This document shows, piece after piece, positions 19,201 to 27,276 of a stretch of 64,000 nucleotides of DNA (position 1 is the first letter of the stretch; the number at the start of each line of letters is the position of its first letter). The notes beneath the pieces are model-generated. The model made no database searches. It had not been told where the DNA came from and saw only the letters and a program-made list of their open reading frames with translations. This stretch comes from a virus (taxonomy: Duplodnaviria; Caudoviricetes), in IMG/VR virus record IMGVR_UViG_3300011962_000024, positions 18,466-82,465 of that record. One strand, written 5' to 3'. A program made the position numbers and the translations under genes.

Positions 19201-19706
19201 CGTTCGTAGCCGCCCGTGGTTTTCCCATCGAAAGCGCCGCGAAGTACCTCTTGGTATGCACCAACGCCGACGGCTAAATCAATCGCGTACTCGACACGGT
19301 AGCCGGTCGTGTCGCCGTTGCTGGTGTTCTGCCTAGCCAGGCGCGGCACGGAGAAATTTACGCGCACAGCAGACAGATCGGCGTTCGTGACCGAGCGAAC
19401 CCAGGGCGAAGCGGCCTGCAGCTCCACGCCGATGTTGATCTCGTTCTCGACCTGCGGGAAGCCAGCCAGATAGGCCTGATCCTGGCTGCCGGTACGCTGC
19501 TCCCAGGTAAAACCGGCAAAACCAGACGTTCCGGGCGTCTCGTCGAGGTAGATCGATGCCGCGCCGTTGACCAGCCCATAGATTTCGCCTTCAGAAATCA
19601 GGTCGATCAGGCGCGCATAGGCGGTGCTGACCAGGCTGTCGGGCGACTCTTTCGGTGTGCGCGGCTTGTCGCTGCCTCCCTTGGCGCCCTTGATCATTAC
19701 TGTCAT
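16227..19706 (-). CDS. Host-specificity/tail-tip protein J
   Basis: GAKGGS...ESPDSL N-terminus, YSNNPAWVYYDLL, EPRFTCN, FN3-like region. Confidence 0.93.
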   Translation of the reverse strand: MTVMIKGAKGGSDKPRTPKESPDSLVSTAYARLIDLISEGEIYGLVNGAASIYLDETPGTSGFAGFTWEQRTGSQDQAYLAGFPQVENEINIGVELQAASPWVRSVTNADLSAVRVNFSVPRLARQNTSNGDTTGYRVEYAIDLAVGVGAYQEVLRGAFDGKTTGGYERSVRIDLPEGSGGWRIRVRRLTANSTSSAIADTVNIKSITEIIDAKFRYPNSAVIGVSFDAESFGGAVPRRGYHARGRIIRVPSNYEPETRTYSGIWDGTFQLAYSNNPAWVYYDLLLHPRYGLGDRIDAGQVDKWGLYQIAQYCDQMVGDGMGGQEPRFTCNLYLQKRADAYKALQDIAAIFRGITYWGAGQAIVSADMPADPVYTYTNANVKEGKFSYKGSKRSTRYSAALVSWNDPADMYRAKIEYVQDDDAVARFGVQTVEISALGCTSQGQAQRAGRWALLTNLLETETVTFAVGLDGIRARPGQIIRVADNARAGRRIGGRARSATASVIVADKVEGVQAGDELTCIMPDGIAQTREVLLVDGAEITVSPSFDAAPVAQSVWAWETPNLAAQRYRIVSIGESGPLEYSITASKYVEGKHAAVDTGAIISQRPVTSIPSSVQAAPENIRAISDWMLEQTMAVTTMTVMWDVAPGATRYDVEWRRGDAAWVYAGRSGGTELDVVGIYAGTYQIRVRALNSLDVSSPWGYSEAIELAGKSGTPPAVAFLNAVPEIFGIRLEWGFPAGAEDTLRTEIQYGSAQSEEDALHLGDYAYPANTHTMTGLAAGVTFWFRARLVDRTGNIGPWSDWVMGQSSADASAILDYITGQITESELGQDLLERIDLIDGDGPGSVNERIQEAVSQAVDALAYDPDQAYAQGDAVRGGPNGRRLYQALVDVPAAPDGSNAPPNDNLWMDVGQVVETANGLAVQVAENTAGISVLDGIVTATASSLAVLQAAYRDDDGEGELADALKGWDSAARITQVARTVATENMAMAEQINQLDATVGDTSAAVQQTSQALVDFEGKASALTTIKTQTTVDGRTVMAGLAIGVEGEEQEAQILAFAQRFAILDESSGELITPFVVQGGQIFANSAVFNQADIVNLIVTGELRSPDYVKGQQGIRINFVTNEFEVNGSLPGEGRITINNKVITAYHPNGVKGLEFGIGG

Positions 19707-20269
19707 GCCCTGTCCTCTACATAAACACCGCCCGAAATCACCGCAGAGCCGACGATCAGTTCGCCGTACAGCAGCGGGACCGGGTTGCCTTGAGCCTGGG
19801 TATTCACTGCGCCGTTGAATGCATAGCTGGAGCGATTGTTGGCTGAATCAGCCGACTCGGCGGCGCTCGGCTGGGGAGAGAGCATCATCACGGCGCCGCC
19901 GACGGCCATTGCCGCGCCAGCCATCATCATTGCTGGGCCCCAGGTTGATCCGCCCGTAAAGAAGCCGGCAACGATCAGCACGATGCCAACGACAACCTGG
20001 AATATTCCGCCCTGCTTGGCCCCAGCTGGCACCGGAGCAATCCGAATGTCGTCGCGCCCCGCCGGGTTCTTCAGCGACTCCGCATTGATATTTTCCCGCC
20101 CGTAGAACACGGCATACCCGCCGGGCGCGTTTGTCATGTGGCTCTCGAAGCCGGGAAGCATCACGGACAAGGCGCGCACCGCCTCCGCGGCATTGGCCAC
20201 CGCCAAGCGATGGACCCGGCCAAACTTAGCCCCCAGCTTTCCGTACAGCCTGATCGTCTTGAGTTTCAT
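19703..20269 (-). CDS. Tail assembly protein I
   Basis: IRLYGKLGAKFGRVH, GNPVPLLYGELIVGSAVIS. Confidence 0.92.
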   Translation of the reverse strand: MKLKTIRLYGKLGAKFGRVHRLAVANAAEAVRALSVMLPGFESHMTNAPGGYAVFYGRENINAESLKNPAGRDDIRIAPVPAGAKQGGIFQVVVGIVLIVAGFFTGGSTWGPAMMMAGAAMAVGGAVMMLSPQPSAAESADSANNRSSYAFNGAVNTQAQGNPVPLLYGELIVGSAVISGGVYVEDRA

Positions 20270-20987
20270 GGCGCCAAATGCTCACTGTCTTTTCCAGCCA
20301 ATAGCCGCCGTACGGGTCGCGCCTGGAGTCGCGTCCGTAGAGGTGATGGAGGATTGATTGCGGAGCCGGGTAGTGTTCCGGCTCGGAGACCAGAACGCCC
20401 GATTCGAGATAGATGCCGGCGTGATTCGGGACCGGCGCGCGGATCTGCATCAGCACAACATCGCCGTGCTGCAGGCCTGACACTTGCCGGAATCCCGCCG
20501 CCGGAAGCAGCTCCCGGTAGTAATCCTTGCCCTGATCCCACCAGCCGTCCTCGCGCTCGTAGCGGCCGAGGTCGACGCCCAGTTCACGCCGGTAGAAGTC
20601 CAGCACGATCGAAAGGCAGTCATGCACGCCGTGCACGAATTCCCGGCCGATCAGTGGCGCCTGCCAACCTTCAGGCTTGAGCCAGACGTGTCGGCCGGCC
20701 TTGCCCTGCTCCACCGGTATGATTGCCCAGGGCACGCCCGATTCCTCGCACGCCACACGGTCTGCAACGCTGGGCTGCGCCGGATAGTCGGGGTGGCTGT
20801 GCACCACGGCCTGCACTTCGCCCTCGCGTATGGCGGCCTTGTAGTCAGCGGGGTCGATGACGAAGTGCTCGTCTGGCGTCGAAGCGATGTTGCGGCACGG
20901 CCGGTACTGGCCATCCACAATGAGTCCGCAACTTTCGACTGGGTAGCTGGATTCCGCGTGCCGCCTCGCTGCTGCTGGTAGTCGCAT
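20226..20987 (-). CDS. Tail assembly protein K (JAB + NlpC/P60)
   Basis: ESCGL, VVHSHPD, DCLSIVLDFY, NHAGIY; start trimmed to MRLPA. Confidence 0.9.
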   Translation of the reverse strand: MRLPAAARRHAESSYPVESCGLIVDGQYRPCRNIASTPDEHFVIDPADYKAAIREGEVQAVVHSHPDYPAQPSVADRVACEESGVPWAIIPVEQGKAGRHVWLKPEGWQAPLIGREFVHGVHDCLSIVLDFYRRELGVDLGRYEREDGWWDQGKDYYRELLPAAGFRQVSGLQHGDVVLMQIRAPVPNHAGIYLESGVLVSEPEHYPAPQSILHHLYGRDSRRDPYGGYWLEKTVSIWRHETQDDQAVRKAGG

Positions 20988-21041
20988 GATCTGCACCCAC
21001 AAAAAAGCCCGCGCGTGGCGGGCTGAAGGATTGATGCTGCG

Positions 21042-21704
21042 TCAGCGCGTGAGGGCTGCAGCGGGGAATCCGCCAAAGTTCAGAACGCCATTGGCGCCGA
21101 ATCGCAGCTTGCAGCTCTGCAGCCGCTTGCCGCATTTATCACGCGCCGCGTCGGTCGTGATGATGTCGTATTCGTCCGCCACCGGCGGGCCGGTGTAGCC
21201 GCATTCCGCGCTCCGGTAACGCCACGGGCAATAGTTGGCAATGATCTGCCGGCGAGGCAGCTGCACACCTTGGAAGTCCATGGCGCTTGCGAGCTCAAAC
21301 TCCACCGCTTCGGACGTTTCGCCAACCTTCTGCTCGATGAACCAGATTTCAGGCGGGAACTCCTCGTCCGGGTCAGCATCGGGCATACCGTCAAGGTATT
21401 TCGCCAGCGTCCGGCGCCTGGTCAGCTTGGCGCCAACCATGTCGTCGAACTCGAGACATAGCGCGGTGATGAACCCGCCCACGTTGCCCATCTTCAGGCT
21501 CGGCGACGGGTTGCGGCTGCCGCTCATCTCGAAGCCGCTGGCCTCCAGTGGCCACGGGTCGTACTGCACGCCTTGCCATGTGATCGACCCTGCGTCGTGG
21601 CTGTGAAAGTGGTACGTCTCCGCGCCGATCGCCTCGGCATCAAGGCTGTACAGCGTCACGATTTGCCCGGGCTCCAAACGCTGTACGTCTGTCGATAGCG
21701 TCAT
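21042..21704 (-). CDS. Minor tail protein L
   Basis: LPRRQIIANYCPWRYRSAECGY...CGKRLQSCKLRFG Cys cluster. Confidence 0.93.
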   Translation of the reverse strand: MTLSTDVQRLEPGQIVTLYSLDAEAIGAETYHFHSHDAGSITWQGVQYDPWPLEASGFEMSGSRNPSPSLKMGNVGGFITALCLEFDDMVGAKLTRRRTLAKYLDGMPDADPDEEFPPEIWFIEQKVGETSEAVEFELASAMDFQGVQLPRRQIIANYCPWRYRSAECGYTGPPVADEYDIITTDAARDKCGKRLQSCKLRFGANGVLNFGGFPAAALTR

Positions 21705-22051
21705 GGGGCGTGTACCTCTTCAAACGTCGCAGTCAGCTGAAAATTGCCGGCACCCTTGGCTGCCAGCGTGTACCCGGAGCGGCACTTGAACAGCTTCGTC
21801 GCCCCGAACGGAGTAACCCACTCGAACGCCTTGTAGCCGCCCTGCCGATCCAAGAACTCAGCCATCGCCTTGACCGGCATCCCGCTGCCCGTTTCCCAAT
21901 GGCCCATGGCCGAGATACGCCACGTTTCGGTGCGGGTATTGATGCCGTCGCCGGCCTCTTGCGTGTACCCGTCGCCCATATCGGTGCGCAGCGTCCGCTG
22001 GCTCACGTCGATCGAGGCAGAGTTGTCGATGGGGAAATCGAAGACTTCCAT
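21701..22051 (-). CDS. Minor tail protein M
   Basis: MGDGYTQ...GINT, FLDRQGGYKAFEW; start trimmed to MEVFDF. Confidence 0.88.
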   Translation of the reverse strand: MEVFDFPIDNSASIDVSQRTLRTDMGDGYTQEAGDGINTRTETWRISAMGHWETGSGMPVKAMAEFLDRQGGYKAFEWVTPFGATKLFKCRSGYTLAAKGAGNFQLTATFEEVHAP

Positions 22052-24525
22052 CAGCGGCCGCCTCCATACATGCTCCATAGCAGCCCGCCAGGGCGTGATT
22101 CTTTCTCAATCATCGACAGGAATGTCGCCCTCATTGCGCCAGCAGCCATCTCTCCCTGAGCCCGAGATTCCTCGAGCGACATTCCTGCCTGAGATTCAAC
22201 AACGACCTGAGCGGTAAAGTTGATCTGAGGTTTTCCGCTGCCCCCCTTGCCACTGCCCTTCCCGCTCTTCGTGTGATCGATGATCGTCTCATTCGGGTGA
22301 ACCATCGCCATGAAGCCACCCTTGCCATCCAGGCCGCCGACTCGCGGGCCGTAGCCGGTATGGCCGCCGCCTTCAAATGACATGGCCGCGCTCGTCACCT
22401 GCGCAACTAGGTTCGCCCCCGCCGCCGCAACAGCAGCGATGTTTGCGAACTTTTGCCACGGAGTCAGTGCGGTCGGGTCGGCCAGCGCCTGGGTAAGCGC
22501 GGTGCTCAAGTTGAGACTTGCTTGGGCAATCGAAAACGCCTTGCTGGCAGCAAACATAACCCGGTACGCCGCACTCTGATCACGGCCGGCGGACTGCAGG
22601 ACGGACGCCATATCTGCAAAGCCCTGAGATGCAGCTGTCAGGGCCACTTGCTGGCTTGCGGCATCTATTTGAGCCATCCGGTCCCGGTGCTGCTGGTGGA
22701 TGTTCTCTACGCGGGCGGCATATTCCTGTTCAAAGCCTTCCAGCGTATTTAGGTAGGCCTTCTGCTTTTCAAGCTCCGTGTCTCGCCAATGCTCCTGAGC
22801 TTCGGCCTGCTCTTGCAGCTTTGCCAGCTCTCCAAAAGCACCGCCAAACATCGCATCAGCCCCGGTTACGGTCGGCGCTTGTGTCACGCCCTCGACGGTA
22901 CCCGGCGCATTATCAGCATTCATCTGGATTTCACGGATGGCTTTCAGCGTCCGCAGGCGCTCCGCCGCCTCGACATTGCCCTGACGCTCGTATTCCGCAA
23001 TCTTCTCGGCGTACTCCAGTTCGAACTGTGCGTCGTTGGCGGCCCGAAGCTGGCCTGACTCGCGCAGGATGTCGATGCGGATCTTTTCTTGCTCGGTCAG
23101 CTCGCGCTTGGCGTCCAGTTCACGGGCGAGGCCGATCAAGTACTCGGCTTGCTGCCCGACGATGCCCTTCAGTGAGCCCTGCTCAATCTCGAAACGCAGG
23201 CTGGAGAATTCGCTTGTCTGCCCGTAGAGCGCGAGTTGACGGGCCAGAGACTTCTCCATCGACTGATAGGAGTTCGTCAGCTTTTTCGCTTCAGCGTCAG
23301 CTGCCTTTGTGTCCGCTGCGATTGCAGACACCAGCTTTCTCGTTTCGGAAACCGCCTTCGGCGGCTCGGCTGGCGCCGGCAGGTTGGCGGCAGGCCGATT
23401 CATGGCGTCATTCAACGCAGCCTGGATCTTTGCAATTTCGGCGTCCAGCTCCTGCTCGTTGTAGTAGGAGACCATGCCGTCACGGCCGAAGAAGACCAGC
23501 TTATCGAGGGCGCCCCCCTCCTTCATCTTCTGCAGCCGAACCAGCTCATCATTCAGCCGCACAACGTCGTCGGCCGCGATGCCATTCATCATGGCCGCCA
23601 TCTCGTCAGCGCCCCAGCGAACAATGCCAACAGTCTCTCGCATGGCTGACGCGATGCCGCTAAATGCAGTAACCACGCCTGCCGCTAGCTGCTGTGCCGC
23701 TTCTACTGTCGCCGGGTCGGCCAATATGTCCGCCAGCTCACCAAGCGAATCCACCAACACACCGCTAGCGCCAGAGGTCTCATTGACCTTCCCTACAAAT
23801 ACGCCGAATTGGGTTTGAAGGTTGACCAGGGCGTCCTGCACAGACGTTTCCATCGCGTCCGCGAGCGCCTTGTTCTCATCGCGGCTGCGGCGAAGGCCTT
23901 CGTTAAGCGCCTCTACTGATAGCTTGCCGGTAGCGCCGAGCTTGCGGATCTCTTCGGTGGTTCGCCCGGTTGCAGCGGCAATGCCGTTCACGATCGATGG
24001 AGTTGCAGCCAGGATCGACGCGAAGCCGTCGGCGTCAATCTTTCCCTTCATCAGCGCCTTGGAGTATGCGTCCATGGCAGTGGTGGCCTGATCCGCGCGC
24101 GCGGCATCACGCACCAGCGCGTAGGAGAAGGAGTCCGTGATATCCAGAACTTCGGACGTTGCGTATCCGAGATCGCGAAGCGTGTCAGCCGTGGACAGGT
24201 ATACTTCTTGCGCTTCGCTGAGGGCTCGATAGGTGCCGTTGGCCGTTTCCAGCAGCCGCGCCTGCACCATCTCGTATTCTTCAGTGCTGCTTGTGGCGTT
24301 CCGTATACGGGAGGCCATTTGGCCGTATTCATCGGAAGCCCGGATAACAGCGCGGACGCTCAAAAAAGCCGCCAGTGGCGCCGCTACGGACCGCACGACG
24401 CTACCCAAGCTCCCGATGCTGCGCTCGGTGCTCTTCGATGCCTTCTCAAGCTTGCCGAGGTCCGTTCCCGCCTTGGCGGCCTGCGTGCTGTCGACAGCGA
24501 CGACCAGCTTTGCGTACTCAGTCAT
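22051..24525 (-). CDS. Tail tape measure protein
   Basis: 824 aa, Ala/Gln-rich helical, GGHTGYG...GGFMAMVHPNE near the C-terminus, position before M. Confidence 0.93.
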   Translation of the reverse strand: MTEYAKLVVAVDSTQAAKAGTDLGKLEKASKSTERSIGSLGSVVRSVAAPLAAFLSVRAVIRASDEYGQMASRIRNATSSTEEYEMVQARLLETANGTYRALSEAQEVYLSTADTLRDLGYATSEVLDITDSFSYALVRDAARADQATTAMDAYSKALMKGKIDADGFASILAATPSIVNGIAAATGRTTEEIRKLGATGKLSVEALNEGLRRSRDENKALADAMETSVQDALVNLQTQFGVFVGKVNETSGASGVLVDSLGELADILADPATVEAAQQLAAGVVTAFSGIASAMRETVGIVRWGADEMAAMMNGIAADDVVRLNDELVRLQKMKEGGALDKLVFFGRDGMVSYYNEQELDAEIAKIQAALNDAMNRPAANLPAPAEPPKAVSETRKLVSAIAADTKAADAEAKKLTNSYQSMEKSLARQLALYGQTSEFSSLRFEIEQGSLKGIVGQQAEYLIGLARELDAKRELTEQEKIRIDILRESGQLRAANDAQFELEYAEKIAEYERQGNVEAAERLRTLKAIREIQMNADNAPGTVEGVTQAPTVTGADAMFGGAFGELAKLQEQAEAQEHWRDTELEKQKAYLNTLEGFEQEYAARVENIHQQHRDRMAQIDAASQQVALTAASQGFADMASVLQSAGRDQSAAYRVMFAASKAFSIAQASLNLSTALTQALADPTALTPWQKFANIAAVAAAGANLVAQVTSAAMSFEGGGHTGYGPRVGGLDGKGGFMAMVHPNETIIDHTKSGKGSGKGGSGKPQINFTAQVVVESQAGMSLEESRAQGEMAAGAMRATFLSMIEKESRPGGLLWSMYGGGR

Positions 24526-24895
24526 TGGTCACTCCAAAGTGCAAAGCGTGGTTTTCGGATATGCGCTCGATCTGTCTGCGCAGGCGCGGGTTCGAAGTGA
24601 GCAGCTGTGTAATTTCGGACGGCTTCTTCATCGGCAGTGACCAGTCGGCCACCAGCGCAGATGCCAGCGTCGAGCGGCGCAGCCGAATCAGCCGTTTGCG
24701 CTCAGCCGGCTCTGCGGCGTCAAACAATGCTCGGTAATGGTCGGCCCGCTCCGCAATGGCCGCTGCTACAGCGACGAATTCCAGGCTCAGCACTGAGCGC
24801 ACTCGCACCCACTCACGGTTGCCTGAAAGATCGACGAGTTCAACGCGCACACCCCGGCTTGCCTTGGTTCGTGTATAGAAGTCTTGGGGGCGCAT
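24518..24895 (-). CDS. Second, diverged copy of the tail assembly chaperone
   Basis: Aligns by eye with 26878-27267 (P.DF.TR.KA..G.R..L, EW...R.V.S.EF, A.LV..WS). Confidence 0.75.
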   Translation of the reverse strand: MRPQDFYTRTKASRGVRVELVDLSGNREWVRVRSVLSLEFVAVAAAIAERADHYRALFDAAEPAERKRLIRLRRSTLASALVADWSLPMKKPSEITQLLTSNPRLRRQIERISENHALHFGVTND

Positions 24896-24935
24896 CTTTT
24901 CTCCAGGCGTAAAAAAGCCCGCGCTGGGCGGGCTC
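24896..24935 (-). terminator. Hairpin-T-tract-RBS module, second copy
   Basis: CTTTTCTCCAGGCGTAAAAAAGCCCGC identical to 15044-15070. Confidence 0.7.
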
Positions 24936-24952
24936 GAGAATTGCGTAAGTTG

Positions 24953-25321
24953 TTATGGGGCGAACTTGACCAGTTTCGTCACGGCCTTGGCCGTACATTC
25001 AAGCGCCAGTGTTTTGCCGTCCGAGAATGTCACCTCGCAGACGTTCCGCGTACTGGAGTAGAAGGAGCCGGCAATCGCTACCACAATGCCAATCACTGCG
25101 CCCGCTACGCCAAGAAACATGGTACCGAGAGCGCCCAGCAGTACAGCTCCTGCAACGGCGCCCATGATTCCGAACTTGCGCTCTTTCTCCGTGCGGCTCA
25201 CTACGCCTGATACCTGCTCAGGCGAATAACTAGCCTTCTGCGCCGCCTCGACAATGAGCCTTGGCCCGGCGATGTAAGCACTGCCTTTTAGCCCAAACGA
25301 TCCGCCGATCACCTTCATCAC
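24953..25321 (-). CDS. Hypothetical membrane protein (moron)
   Basis: Hydrophobic hairpin FGIMGAVAGAVLLGALGTMFLGVAGAVIGIVVAIAG. Confidence 0.75.
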   Translation of the reverse strand: MMKVIGGSFGLKGSAYIAGPRLIVEAAQKASYSPEQVSGVVSRTEKERKFGIMGAVAGAVLLGALGTMFLGVAGAVIGIVVAIAGSFYSSTRNVCEVTFSDGKTLALECTAKAVTKLVKFAP

Positions 25322-25350
25322 GACCCCACTCAGCTACGTCGATGGATGGA

Positions 25351-25992
25351 CTATTTCAGCGCTGCGGCTACCTGCCTGGCGCCAAGCAGCTCCTCAAGCT
25401 TTCGCTTGAATGCTTGAGGTACCGCCGCTTTGGCGTGGCCAGGCGGATTGAAAGCGCTGCCTCCCAGATTTTCGCGGCCTGAAATCTCGCTTTCGGCAAT
25501 GATTTCTCCCGTCGAGTCGCATACGTACGCTTTCACGTCGTAAATCAGCGCTGTGTTGTTGAAGGTGTCAGACTTCCATTCGTTAAGCTGCAGCAACAGC
25601 AACTTCTCTGCACCCGAGCGCCTAAGTTCAGCAATCGCCCTTTCTCGATTCAGAGAAGGCGCAATGGATATCGGGACTGCCTTCGCGCCGCCTTGCACTA
25701 GGGACCGAACCACTGATTCGGTGAAGTCAGTCGATAGAGGTTTTCCGCTTTGCGTAGTCACGTCAAACGGGTTGCCGAAGCCCCCGCGCTGCAAGCCTAC
25801 AAAATCCGGGGTTTTGGCTCCCGAGAGCACATAAGGCCTCCGATCCTGAGCTGCCACGGCAACCATGGACGCAGCTTCGACATCAAACAAAACCATTGCA
25901 TCGTGATAGCTGTGCTTGTTGCCAACCGCGCAACCTGACAGTAGAACGACCGCAGCCAGGCTCAGCAAACAACCCTTCAATACTCGCGACAT
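25351..25992 (-). CDS. Lipoprotein (moron)
   Basis: Signal peptide with lipobox LSGC; RBS GAGGGAGG. Confidence 0.82.
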   Translation of the reverse strand: MSRVLKGCLLSLAAVVLLSGCAVGNKHSYHDAMVLFDVEAASMVAVAAQDRRPYVLSGAKTPDFVGLQRGGFGNPFDVTTQSGKPLSTDFTESVVRSLVQGGAKAVPISIAPSLNRERAIAELRRSGAEKLLLLQLNEWKSDTFNNTALIYDVKAYVCDSTGEIIAESEISGRENLGGSAFNPPGHAKAAVPQAFKRKLEELLGARQVAAALK

Positions 25993-26182
25993 TATGCCCC
26001 CTCCCTCGATAAAGGACGGAATGTAGCAGAACGCCTTGTCCCTGCCACTGTGCGGCCATCCAGCCTGGCCAGATCAACAGCTACCTGCCGCTGGAAAGGC
26101 GTAGTAGCGTTGTGACTCCACCAACCGGCCCCGGCCAATGCGTGAGACCCATGGACGGGGCGAGATGACCTAGGAGGTCAAG

Positions 26183-26416
26183 ATGTCTGAGCAGAAAGAA
26201 AACATAACGCCATTCCAGGTAGGGGTTATGGCGGCCATACAGGTAATTGGTACGTCCCTGGCAGTGCTCGACCCTACAAAGCGAGAGGCGGTCAACGATG
26301 CCATTGTTCGCCTGCTGGATTCTATCCCTGAAGACAAGAGCCTGGCGGACGGGTCTTCCCAGGGTCACCTTGCCCTGAAAGCGCTTCAGAAAGGGCTTCG
26401 CCTAGATCTGAAGTAG
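26183..26416 (+). CDS. Hypothetical helical protein, antisense to the late operon
   Basis: RBS AGGAGG, 77 aa. Confidence 0.7.
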   Translation: MSEQKENITPFQVGVMAAIQVIGTSLAVLDPTKREAVNDAIVRLLDSIPEDKSLADGSSQGHLALKALQKGLRLDLK

Positions 26417-26498
26417 CAATAACCGCCTCAAAATCGTCCAGCAGCTTACCTGCCGATTGCTGGGCGATTTGCCGCCCGACGTTCGGATGCTCGTTCAT
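26322..26498 (-). CDS. Small hypothetical protein (58 aa)
   Basis: Hand translation MNEHPNVGRQIAQQSAGKLLDDFEAVIATSDLGE...; RBS AGGAGTGAGG; below the track length cutoff. Confidence 0.45.
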   Translation of the reverse strand: MNEHPNVGRQIAQQSAGKLLDDFEAVIATSDLGEALSEALSGQGDPGKTRPPGSCLQG

Positions 26499-26551
26499 GC
26501 CTCACTCCTGCGGCCCTGCCGCTCAGTTTTGTGAATCTCGGTGTCGTAGAA

Positions 26552-26917
26552 TCATGCGCATCCGTTCGCAACCCGATCCTCAACGGTTGCAAGCCGGCGC
26601 ATCAGCGTGATCTCGTGTGGCCTTAGCTGCCTGCCGTACAGATCAGCCCACGCCTTCAGTTCGGCCAATGACGTGACCGGGCGAGCGCTGCAATACCACT
26701 CCCACACATAGGCCAGTTCCGGCGGACACGGCGGACCGTCCAGGCGGCTCGGCCGTTTGCCTGTCTTCTCCGCGATGGCTTCCAGCTGCGCGCGGACGGT
26801 GATGCGCTTGTCCGGGCCTTTCTTTGGCCTGGGCCCGGCAGGCTTCAGTAGGCCCAGTTGATGCTCGGCGTGCGCGATCAGTCCTTCGGCGAGCCCGTCG
26901 AGCGTTTCCCAAAAAAA
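26552..26917 (-). CDS. gpT-like -1 frameshift extension of the tail chaperone
   Basis: Slippery T TTT TTT at 26917-26911; -1 frame open to TGA at 26552 (WETLDGL...LAYVWEWY...WADLYGRQLRPHEITLM). Confidence 0.85.
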   Translation of the reverse strand, partial: FFWETLDGLAEGLIAHAEHQLGLLKPAGPRPKKGPDKRITVRAQLEAIAEKTGKRPSRLDGPPCPPELAYVWEWYCSARPVTSLAELKAWADLYGRQLRPHEITLMRRLATVEDRVANGCA

Positions 26918-27267
26918 CGGCGGCGGTCACTCGCGAACCGGTCCACCTCGGCGGCGATGTAGGGCGATTCGCGCAGGAACTCCAGCAATGTGTCCTCGCT
27001 GAAATCCTCGAACGACCAGCCGATGACCAGCGCCGCGTTCAGCTGCAACCGGGCCTGCTCGGTCTTGGCGGTCTTCTCGGCCTCATCCTTGATCGATGCG
27101 ACGCCCAGCAACTCACGCCGGAACTCGTCCAGCGCCGTGCGGAACTCGTCCGAATCAACGCCCCGTATCAGCAGCCACTCATCCGTTGCGGTGCCATCAG
27201 GCAGGGAGAGCTGCATGCGCTCCCCCTCGTTCGCCTTGGCTCGGGTGAAAAAGTCACTCGGCTTCAT
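26878..27267 (-). CDS. Tail assembly chaperone (gpG-like)
   Basis: Follows the major tail gene, ends over a slippery T7 run. Confidence 0.88.
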   Translation of the reverse strand: MKPSDFFTRAKANEGERMQLSLPDGTATDEWLLIRGVDSDEFRTALDEFRRELLGVASIKDEAEKTAKTEQARLQLNAALVIGWSFEDFSEDTLLEFLRESPYIAAEVDRFASDRRRFFGKRSTGSPKD

Positions 27268-27276
27268 GCAAACCCC

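Noticed and set aside
16689-19277. 862-aa plus-strand ORF
   Set aside because: Antisense shadow of the high-GC J gene; no motifs or RBS.
26643-26930. 95-aa track ORF as the gpT extension
   Set aside because: Wrong frame; the -1 frame from the T7 run gives the recognisable T domain.
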